64,000 bases of DNA from assembly GCA_944391705.1 (NCBI GenBank), contig CALXUN010000002.1:8279-72278 (forward strand), given 5' to 3'. Positions 10,116 through 17,744 of the stretch are shown here, piece by piece (within the stretch, counting starts at the first letter, position 1; every line of letters starts with the position of its first letter). Below the pieces are notes generated by a model that saw only the letters and a list, made by a program, of their open reading frames with translations, had not been told where the DNA came from and did not search any database. The stretch is from an uncultured Alphaproteobacteria bacterium (GTDB lineage Bacteria; Pseudomonadota; Alphaproteobacteria; RF32; CAG-239). The translations under genes and the position numbers were made by a program.

Positions 10116-10316
10116 TTGTGCCGCAAACATAATTTTGCATCCTACGACATATATGAACAACAAATACTTAACTATACTCTTGAAGACAATGAAGGGCGGT
10201 CAGGAAAGTGCTATATCTGGAAGAATTCTGATTGTTCCAGAGCCAGTACCGAAACCGTTGTCGGCTGTAAAAACGGTGAAGAATTTGACTACCGTGATTA
10301 CTGCGGCATCATCTGA
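10116..10316 (+). CDS. Small Cys-rich protein. The frame is open back to 9960 with no canonical start before TTG 10116. Carries a CYxCxxC module like the 636-aa protein at 48913-50823.
   Basis: Ends 5 nt before a strong bidirectional terminator at 10325-10366. The upstream in-frame peptide SVCYDCVSCNSANFKK matches the GCYKCxxxCxxGY module of the large Cys-rich protein. The overlapping 123-aa frame (10012-10383) runs through the terminator and is rejected. Confidence 0.3.
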   Translation: MCRKHNFASYDIYEQQILNYTLEDNEGRSGKCYIWKNSDCSRASTETVVGCKNGEEFDYRDYCGII

Positions 10317-10365
10317 TTTCAACCAGAAAAAAAGCCTTTCTCCAATATTGGAGAAAGGCTTTTTT

Positions 10366-10701
10366 TCATTTAACGGCTTTTAGCGCTTTCAGATGATGCT
10401 TATATATCTGCCACTGCTTGCGCTCGGCTTTTTCCTGCAAGAACGAAACACTTTCATCACAACGGCGCCAGAAATTGTCAACGGTATCTTCAAGCCATTC
10501 CTTCAGACATTTTTGATATGCCCCGGGTTTATTCTTAACCATCCGGCAGAAAATATCAACCCTTGGCTGGTCATCATACAAAACGGCCACCGCTTCCGGT
10601 AAAAGTTCGTCAAGCTCTTGCCATAGTTCTTCACCTTTTTTGAGCCTGACTTTCCGTGAAGCCATGCCGCATAAAATTAAAAAATTTTCAGTCTTCTTCA
10701 T
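10366..10701 (-). CDS. Hypothetical helical protein
   Basis: 111-aa ORF ending exactly at the bidirectional terminator. No recognisable motif. Confidence 0.45.
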   Translation of the reverse strand: MKKTENFLILCGMASRKVRLKKGEELWQELDELLPEAVAVLYDDQPRVDIFCRMVKNKPGAYQKCLKEWLEDTVDNFWRRCDESVSFLQEKAERKQWQIYKHHLKALKAVK

Positions 10702-10752
10702 AATTGTTAAAATTAAAAATTTATTTTGTCAAAAGTGTAACAAAAAAAGTTC

Positions 10753-11742
10753 TTAAAGTAAAGACTTTTGCCTGACTTTCTTCATTAAGGTTGAGAAAGG
10801 ATACGATTCTAAATCCGAAACCTTAACAAAAAATCCGTCGGCAAACGCATCAGCATAAACAAAACAAATCTCTAACCGCATTTTAATATGCGTAAAAACA
10901 TGCGTGACCGTCAAACCGCTTTTCAGGGCATTTTCAAACAAATAACTTTCGCTCCACGGAAACTCATACAAACCGGAAAGCAGGCCTTTTTCAGTGCGTT
11001 TCCGGATTAAAACTTCGCCGTTTTTATTGCGGATAACATAAACAAAGCCGTTAATTTCTTTTTTTATTGCTTTAACCCGCCGGGGAATATCCTCAATATC
11101 ATCTTTTCCGTAAGACAAACACGCTTCCTGCCACGGACAAAGCCGACACTGCGGTTTTTTGGGCGTACAGATTAAAGCGCCCAGATCCATAATGGCCGAG
11201 GCATAATCGGCCGCATTTTCTTTATCGGTCAGCATCTCTGCTTTTTCCCGGATTAAAGGCATAATCTCTTCAACCGGCTGTTTAAGATGATACAAACGAC
11301 AGATAATACGTATAACGTTGCCGTCCACGACCGTTTCCGACTGGTTAAACGCCAACGCCAGGAAACTTGCCACAGTATAAGCACCGAGGCCTTTTAGTTT
11401 TTTGACATTTTCTTTATCGACAGGAAACTTCCCGCCAAAATCACGCACAATCATCTCTGCTGTTGTATGCAAAGAACGCGCCCGGGTATAATAACCCAGC
11501 CCCTGCCAACAAAGATACACTTCTTCCAACGGCGCGGCAGCCAGTGCCTCAACTGTCGGGAAACGGTTCATAAAGCGTTCAAAATACGGCAAAACCGTTT
11601 TAACGGTTGTTTGCTGGAGCATAATTTCCGAAACCAGAACGACATAGGGGGTTGGGTGAGCACCGCCTCTAACCCGCCACGGCAAATCCCGGCCGTAAAG
11701 GTCATACCATTGCAAAAGATTTTTTGTTAAATTAATGCTCAT
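10753..11742 (-). CDS. mutY: A/G-specific adenine DNA glycosylase MutY
   Basis: HhH-GPD domain (VSEIMLQQTTV, GLGYYTRARSL). 4Fe-4S cluster loop CTPKKPQCRLCPWQEAC. C-terminal NUDIX-like domain. Start set at the ATG at 11742. Confidence 0.9.
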   Translation of the reverse strand: MSINLTKNLLQWYDLYGRDLPWRVRGGAHPTPYVVLVSEIMLQQTTVKTVLPYFERFMNRFPTVEALAAAPLEEVYLCWQGLGYYTRARSLHTTAEMIVRDFGGKFPVDKENVKKLKGLGAYTVASFLALAFNQSETVVDGNVIRIICRLYHLKQPVEEIMPLIREKAEMLTDKENAADYASAIMDLGALICTPKKPQCRLCPWQEACLSYGKDDIEDIPRRVKAIKKEINGFVYVIRNKNGEVLIRKRTEKGLLSGLYEFPWSESYLFENALKSGLTVTHVFTHIKMRLEICFVYADAFADGFFVKVSDLESYPFSTLMKKVRQKSLL

Positions 11743-11985
11743 GTGCAAAGCTTTACACCAAAAAAAACAAAAGTACCAAGTGTTTTTAAAATATTTTATC
11801 ATCTGTTTTTTAGATGACGCTTTGAAACACTTAATTCACGGAAGCAAACATACTTGAGGAAGAACAGTAACAAACAGTAGGTTGTAACTTATCCCCTACA
11901 AGACTCTTTAAAATTGCAAAAAAAAAAAACAGTTTAGAATGACGGGCAAATCAGTATTTTTTGCAATTTTTCAGGAGTTCTTTGG

Positions 11986-12720
11986 ATGAAACATAATCTT
12001 TTTTCATTCTTATGCAGAGGGCTGCAGATGCGCCGTAACTTTTTAACGACGTGTACGATATCGGGTACACAAGGAAAAAAGTTACAAGCAGATATTGCTC
12101 TATGCGGAAGAAGCATGGTGGAGATGTTGGGGGTACTGGCAATTATTGGTGTGCTTTCGGTCGGCGCTATCTCGGGTTATTCCAAGGCGATGATGAAATA
12201 CAAACTCAACAAACAAGCCGAGCAATTAAGCTGGCTGTTTAACATTATCTATCAATACAAAGGACAGTTCGTTTTTGATAAGAAAACTTCCATGATACCT
12301 TTATTTACCAAATTAAATTTAATTGACCAAAATATGATACGTGCTGATAAAAAAGAAACAATCTACGATTCTTTCGGCAATGCCATCGCTATAGCCAACA
12401 ACAACGGCCCGAAGTTCAATGAAATTGTCTTGAATATGGGTTTACCGAAAAGCAGTTCTAACCGCTTGGCGATTTGTCAAAATGTTTTTAACGTTGCTAA
12501 AGCCCACAGTCCTTACCTGCTTTACATTCGCACCGACAACAGAGAAAGCCAAAGTGAGCCGGTAACCCCTTCCGATATGTATTACGGCGATAGCCTTTGC
12601 CAAAGTCGGGGAAATGGTGTAAATTGTATACGTTACGCAACTCTTGAAAACATTTATAATGTCTGCCAAAATTGTGATGAAATGCCAATTTGTTATTTTT
12701 CTATCACGTGGCGCATATAA
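11986..12720 (+). CDS. Prepilin-like protein (type IV pilin or pseudopilin N-terminal domain), paralog 1
   Basis: Class-III signal: ...ALCG|RSMVEMLGVLAIIGVLSVGAISGY, with Glu at +5 after the conserved Gly and a hydrophobic alpha1 helix. C-terminal Cys cluster (CQNCDEMPICY). Unusually long 40-aa leader. Terminator at 12748-12781. Confidence 0.65.
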   Translation: MKHNLFSFLCRGLQMRRNFLTTCTISGTQGKKLQADIALCGRSMVEMLGVLAIIGVLSVGAISGYSKAMMKYKLNKQAEQLSWLFNIIYQYKGQFVFDKKTSMIPLFTKLNLIDQNMIRADKKETIYDSFGNAIAIANNNGPKFNEIVLNMGLPKSSSNRLAICQNVFNVAKAHSPYLLYIRTDNRESQSEPVTPSDMYYGDSLCQSRGNGVNCIRYATLENIYNVCQNCDEMPICYFSITWRI

Positions 12721-12790
12721 TAGTATCATAAAACATTTATAGCATAAAAAAAACGCCTGATTAGGCGTTTTTTTTATAAATCTTCAAAGA

Positions 12791-14059
12791 CTACGCTTCA
12801 AACTTTTTTAAGACCAATGACGAGTTTGTACCGCCAAAACCAAAGGAATTGGACATTGCCGCCTTAATGGCCTTTTTCTTAGCCTTTAAAGGCACCAAAT
12901 CCATATCGGCAACCTCATCTTCAACCTCTTCCAGGTTAAGCGTCGGCGGACAAATCTGGTCGCGCAAAGCCAAAACCGTATAAACCGCCTCAACCGCACC
13001 GGCTGCACCCAGCAGATGCCCGATGGCTGATTTGGTGGAAGACATCGAAACATATTTGATATCATCACCAAACAGACGTTTAACCGCCAAAGCCTCACCC
13101 ACATCGCCGGCAGGCGTCGATGTGCCGTGGGCATTGATATAATTGATGTCTTTTAATTCAACACCATGTTCTTTGGCATGATCTGCGGCCATCTTCATGG
13201 CACGGTAAGCCCCGTCGCCGGAAGGCGCGGTAATATGATAGGCATCACCACTCATACCGTAACCGACAACCTCGGCATAAATTTTAGCGCCTCTTTTCTT
13301 AGCATGCTCTAATTCTTCCAACACAACGGCACCGGAACCTTCACCCATAACAAAACCGCTGCGATGTTTATCCCACGGGCGCGAAGCCTTTTCCGGTTCA
13401 TCGTTAAATTCGGAAGTTACCGCACGCATACGGGCAAAACCGGCCAGCCCTAAAACATTAACCGCCGATTCTGCACCACCGGCAACCATAACATCGGCAT
13501 CATTCATGGCAATAATTCGTGCCGCATCGCCAATAGCGTGTGTTCCGGTTGAACAAGCCGTGACACAGGCATGATTCGGACCTTTCAAACCAAACATAAT
13601 TGACAAATTGCCTGAAATCAGGTTTATCAGCGAAGCCGGAATAAAAAATGGCGAAATACGTTTAATACCGGATTCGTTAAACGATAAGGAATTTTCATAA
13701 ATAGTTTCCAAACCGCCAATTCCCGATCCCATCATCACGCCAAAGCGATTCTTTTCTTCTTCCGTTTCGGGAACATAACCGGCATCGCGGATGGCATCAC
13801 TGCCGGCAGCCAGCCCGTAAAGAATAAAACGGTCGTTTTTCTTTTGATCTTTCGGCGGCAAAACGCTGTCCGGGTTAAATTCCCCCTCGCCTTCGCCCCA
13901 TGGCACACGCCCGGCAATTCTGACCGGAATGTCTTTTAAATCAATGTCTTCAATTTTTGTAATGCCGGATTCCCCGTTGAGCAGACGTTTCCAGTTATGT
14001 TCCACGCCCCGTCCCAAAGGAGAAACAACGCCTAAGCCGGTTATCACAACTCTTCTCAT
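12791..14059 (-). CDS. fabF: 3-oxoacyl-ACP synthase II (KAS II)
   Basis: MRRVVITGLGVVSPLG start, active-site Cys region ACSTG, and the HGTSTPAGD and GHLLGAAG motifs. Confidence 0.95.
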   Translation of the reverse strand: MRRVVITGLGVVSPLGRGVEHNWKRLLNGESGITKIEDIDLKDIPVRIAGRVPWGEGEGEFNPDSVLPPKDQKKNDRFILYGLAAGSDAIRDAGYVPETEEEKNRFGVMMGSGIGGLETIYENSLSFNESGIKRISPFFIPASLINLISGNLSIMFGLKGPNHACVTACSTGTHAIGDAARIIAMNDADVMVAGGAESAVNVLGLAGFARMRAVTSEFNDEPEKASRPWDKHRSGFVMGEGSGAVVLEELEHAKKRGAKIYAEVVGYGMSGDAYHITAPSGDGAYRAMKMAADHAKEHGVELKDINYINAHGTSTPAGDVGEALAVKRLFGDDIKYVSMSSTKSAIGHLLGAAGAVEAVYTVLALRDQICPPTLNLEEVEDEVADMDLVPLKAKKKAIKAAMSNSFGFGGTNSSLVLKKFEA

Positions 14060-14077
14060 TTACATACCTCTTCAACC

Positions 14078-14110
14078 TAACACGATACGAAAAAACTCGC
14101 CTGATAGCAG
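14078..14110 (-). terminator. Intergenic hairpin between acpP and fabF (attenuator or terminator)
   Basis: AACTCGC-loop-GCGAGTT followed by a T-run on the minus strand. Confidence 0.5.
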
Positions 14111-14142
14111 CGAGTTCTTACACTTAATCTAAGCCACAAGAC

Positions 14143-14376
14143 TTACGCATTCTTGGAAAGATAGTCAATAGCATCTTTAACGGTAAGAATTTTTTCAGCG
14201 GCTTCATCAGGAATTTCGCAACCGAATTCTTCTTCAAATGCCATAACCAATTCAACGGTATCCAAGCTGTCGGCACCCAAATCATCAATGAAGCTTGCGC
14301 TTTCGGTAACTTTGGATTCTTCAACGCCAAGGTGCTCGGCAACGATCTTTTTAACGCGATTAGCGGTATCAGTCAT
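14143..14376 (-). CDS. acpP: Acyl carrier protein
   Basis: [21 protein letters not shown] phosphopantetheine-attachment motif. Confidence 0.95.
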   Translation of the reverse strand: MTDTANRVKKIVAEHLGVEESKVTESASFIDDLGADSLDTVELVMAFEEEFGCEIPDEAAEKILTVKDAIDYLSKNA

Positions 14377-14649
14377 GTATTTAAACCTCTATAAATATTA
14401 AAAACAAATTTTCAGGCCTCTAAGAACCTTGATTAGGTTGTTAGCATAATTTTGCACCTTTTGACAAGCTTTTTTTTCAAAAACCAGCAAAAAAATACCA
14501 CAAACCACATATAACACATTGATTCTAAATAATTTTATGTCTGTAACAAATTGTTATAAATAGTGTATAAAAGCAATTGTTATTTTAAAGTTTATAACTA
14601 TATTTTATATGGAATTCATAAAAAGGTATAATATTGAAGGAATAAATAA

Positions 14650-15576
14650 ATGAAAGTAGGAATTATCGGTGCCGGACAAGTCGGCAGCGCCACCGCATTT
14701 GCGCTTATCCTGCGCGGCGTAGCCCGGGAAGTTGTTTTAATCGACAGCAATGAAAAAAAAGCAGAAGCCGAAGCTTTGGACATTTCACATGCAACAACGT
14801 TTGCTTATGCCAGCAAAGTCCGGGCCGGCTCATATCATGATCTTGATAACGCCGACGTCGTTATCATCACCGCCGGCGCCAACCAGCGCCCGGGTGAAAC
14901 CCGGATTGACTTAATGGAACGCAACGCCGCCATTTTCAAAAGCATCGTCCGTCAGATTGTCGAAAACGCCCCGAATGCCATTATTTTGGTAGCTTCCAAT
15001 CCGGTTGACATTTTAACCGAATATACCCTAAAGCTTTCAGGACTGCCCAAAAACCGTGTTTTCGGCAGCGGTACCATTTTGGACACTTCCCGTTTCCGCA
15101 CTCTTTTGGGTGAACATCTGGGCATTTCTTCAAAGTCGATTCACGCCAACGTTTTGGGCGAACACGGCGACAGTGAAGTTCTCATCTGGTCAAACGGCGA
15201 TGCCGGAACTCTGCCGATTGCCACTTTAGGCGTTGATTTAAACCGCCCGATAACGCCTGAAGTTAAAGCCAGAATTGATGACAATGTTCGCAATGCGGCA
15301 TATAAAATCATTGACGGCAAAGGCGCAACTTTTTATGGCATTGCCGGCGGCCTGACCCGCATCTGCCAGGCCATAGCCACCAATGAAAATGCCATTTTGA
15401 CGGTTTCTTCATTCCATGAAGATGTTGAAGGTATTAAAAACATCTGTCTTTCTTTACCGACAATTATCAATAAAAACGGCATTGAAAAAGTTATTTACCC
15501 GCGTTTATCGGATGAAGAACATGCACTTTTGCGCGCCAGCGCCCAGAAATTGAAAGATTATGTGCAGATGCCATAA
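14650..15576 (+). CDS. ldh: L-lactate dehydrogenase (canonical LDH-type substrate loop)
   Basis: MKVGIIGAGQVGS, ITAGANQRPGETRIDL (Gln at the LDH specificity position), and catalytic GEHGDS. Extended -10 TATAAT at 14626-14631. Terminator at 15597-15636. Confidence 0.9.
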   Translation: MKVGIIGAGQVGSATAFALILRGVAREVVLIDSNEKKAEAEALDISHATTFAYASKVRAGSYHDLDNADVVIITAGANQRPGETRIDLMERNAAIFKSIVRQIVENAPNAIILVASNPVDILTEYTLKLSGLPKNRVFGSGTILDTSRFRTLLGEHLGISSKSIHANVLGEHGDSEVLIWSNGDAGTLPIATLGVDLNRPITPEVKARIDDNVRNAAYKIIDGKGATFYGIAGGLTRICQAIATNENAILTVSSFHEDVEGIKNICLSLPTIINKNGIEKVIYPRLSDEEHALLRASAQKLKDYVQMP

Positions 15577-15715
15577 TCTTCGGCAGAAAAGCCCGAAACA
15601 GCGGTTGCGCTTATAAAACAGCCGCTGTTTTTTTGTGCTGATTTAATATTTTAATTGCATTTTTAAACAACTCCGTCCATAATTGCCTTAACAATCAATC
15701 CTTGAAAGGAAACAG

Positions 15716-16990
15716 ATGATGGAAAACCAAACTGAAGAAAAAACTCTTTCTGCGGCAGAGCCTGTCGTAAAGACAAATTCTGCCGGCCGTAAAACAACAA
15801 CGGCCAAAACAAAAAAACAAACGGAGACGACTGCCAAAAAAACATCAACCGCCAAACGCAGCAGTAAAACGGCTTCCAAAGCTGCCATGAAAAAAACGGC
15901 GGCAACAACTAAAAAAGCAAACCCGGCAGCCAAGAACCGCAATGCCGATATTAGCGCAGACATGGCCGTCAAAGACACTCCGTCAGCAGCCGCAGAACCT
16001 ATGGAAACCGGCATTTGGAAAAACTTTTGGAAATGCTTAAAAAAATACTTCACGTTTTCCGGCCGTGCATCCCGGTATGAATATTTTTCTTTCGGACTGT
16101 GTTTTTTCTCTATCACACTCGTAACGTCGATTCTCGGCGCTTTTTCCCAGTTTTTATCCTGGGTTTCAACCTTGTGTTATCTGCTTTTGATTATCCCGAT
16201 GTTTGCCGTTTTAAGCCGGCGTTTTCATGACATCGGCAAAAACTTATGGAACGGATTTTTTAACTGGATTGTATACGGCCTTATTTCCGCGCTTATCGTC
16301 GGAACCGTTTTTGTTATTTTTTCTGCCGCACCGGTCAAACTGGCTGTCCTCGGTGCCTTGTCATATGCTTTAATAACTTTTGTCTTATTTGGTATTGCCG
16401 TTTCGCTGCGCTGTCTGGTATATGTCTGCCGCCGCGGCCAGACCGAAACCAACCAATACGGCGATGTCCCGGTTCTTAACAACCCGGCAACCGAAAAAAC
16501 GGCATTTTGGATAATCGTCTTTTATTTCAGCTTAAACATCTTCTTTTATGTACTGATGACGGTTTTAACCTATACATACCAAAAAGATTTGCAGGAAAAT
16601 ACCTTAAAAACCGAGGCTCAATTTATTCTTTCGCAAAGAGCTATTGATAAAATATATACCGAAGAACTCTCTTATACCTGGTTAAACAACCAATCTGCGC
16701 TTGACTTGCAGTTACTTCCGCCGGACATGCCGGTTACCGGCGGTACGGGTATTGTTTCTGCCTTAGGGCTGCCGGTAAATTTCTACGGCTTTTTGGAATC
16801 ATACCTGATTGTGATGTGGAACGTTGATACCGACACCTGCCATACAATCCTGAACACGCCGTGGCGTTTACACGGGCTGCAATTAGTACAGATTCGGCAA
16901 AATCAGGCACCGGCCGTTGCCCTGACAAACTCATCGCAATGCTACCCATGCATGGATGGAAATTGTGAAATTGCCTGGCTCATACAGTAA
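15716..16990 (+). CDS. DUF805 (YhaH-like) inner-membrane protein with an N-terminal tail of about 100 aa rich in Lys, Thr and Ala, plus a C-terminal extension
   Basis: DUF805 signature FSGRASRYEYFSF...RRFHDIGKNLW, preceded by the low-complexity tail KTTTAKTKKQTETTAKKTSTAKRSSKTASKAAMKKTAATTKK. Good RBS AAAGGAAACAG. Terminator at 17003-17040. Confidence 0.6.
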   Translation: MMENQTEEKTLSAAEPVVKTNSAGRKTTTAKTKKQTETTAKKTSTAKRSSKTASKAAMKKTAATTKKANPAAKNRNADISADMAVKDTPSAAAEPMETGIWKNFWKCLKKYFTFSGRASRYEYFSFGLCFFSITLVTSILGAFSQFLSWVSTLCYLLLIIPMFAVLSRRFHDIGKNLWNGFFNWIVYGLISALIVGTVFVIFSAAPVKLAVLGALSYALITFVLFGIAVSLRCLVYVCRRGQTETNQYGDVPVLNNPATEKTAFWIIVFYFSLNIFFYVLMTVLTYTYQKDLQENTLKTEAQFILSQRAIDKIYTEELSYTWLNNQSALDLQLLPPDMPVTGGTGIVSALGLPVNFYGFLESYLIVMWNVDTDTCHTILNTPWRLHGLQLVQIRQNQAPAVALTNSSQCYPCMDGNCEIAWLIQ

Positions 16991-17134
16991 TTTATTAACA
17001 TACTGGAAATCCCCCGGAAAAAAACGGGGGACTTTTTTTTACATTTCACGCTAAGACTTTGGCAAAATCTGCCGGAAATAATGGATTTTAAAATTTTTCC
17101 TTGCAATATCCTCACAATTCCTTAATATAAATAC

Positions 17135-17290
17135 TACCGTCGTTTGACGGTGGTGTCCGTAAGACATCTTCATACCAAAAACTCCTTGTTTGGGGAGTGG
17201 AGGAAATAAGGCTTTGCTCGAATAACTCTGACTGTGGTATGACAGTTTTACGGCTCCCCACCTTAAAGTTTTTAAGGTGGTTTTGTTTTA
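17135..17290 (+). ncRNA. Candidate structured small RNA or cis-acting leader, copy A. Has a paralog at 56500-56655 on the minus strand.
   Basis: Promoter TTGCAA (17101-17106), 16 nt, then TAATAT (17123-17128). 5' hairpin CCGTCGTTTGACGG, internal ACUGU...ACAGU hairpin, anti-SD-like ACUCCUUG and GGAGG segments. Ends in an intrinsic terminator, CCACCTTAAAGTTTTTAAGGTGG followed by a T-run. Nearly identical in sequence to the copy at 56 kb. Confidence 0.45.
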
Positions 17291-17318
17291 ATTTATAAAC
17301 AAAGATGGAGTTAATAAA

Positions 17319-17627
17319 ATGATTTATTCTTTTAAACCCGGAAACGATGAATATATTCATCTTGTCAGCGGACTTATCCGCGAAGAACTCGGAAAAACCT
17401 TAACCCGAATTCGCAAAGAAAAAAATTTAACTATCCGTGAAGTCTCGGAAACAAACAGGCTTAATCTACCCATGTTGCATTCTCTGGAACAAAATACCAA
17501 ACGCAACGGGTGGATAAATTTTAAGAAAACCGCTGAAAAATACGGCTATGATTTAATGATACGCCTTAAATTCTCGGTTGATGTGGCAGCCCTTGAAAAG
17601 CCCAAACCCAGAGAGCATAACCGGTAG
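17319..17627 (+). CDS. XRE-family HTH transcriptional regulator (paralog A)
   Basis: HTH_XRE: ELGKTLTRIRKEKNLTIREVSETNRLNLPMLHSLEQN. The C-terminal YGYDLMIRLKFSVD is shared with the 56185-56460 paralog. Lies immediately downstream of RNA element A. Confidence 0.7.
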   Translation: MIYSFKPGNDEYIHLVSGLIREELGKTLTRIRKEKNLTIREVSETNRLNLPMLHSLEQNTKRNGWINFKKTAEKYGYDLMIRLKFSVDVAALEKPKPREHNR

Positions 17628-17744
17628 ATTTGCTATCCTGCCGTACTAATATAACCGGCATCGGTATGGCTATTTGCTCTGTTTATTTAAATAATACGAA
17701 ACTCCACTGGCATTCACCGGTGGAGTTTCGTTTTAAAAACCGGT

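Noticed and set aside
10012-10383. 123-aa plus-strand ORF
   Set aside because: Reads straight through the strong bidirectional terminator at 10325-10366. The overlapping Cys-rich frame, which ends just before the terminator, is more plausible.
15663-16116. Minus-strand ORFs (81 and 142 aa) opposite the K/T/A-rich N-terminus of the DUF805 gene
   Set aside because: Mirror-image low-complexity translation of the Lys/Ala-rich coding repeat. Antisense artefact.
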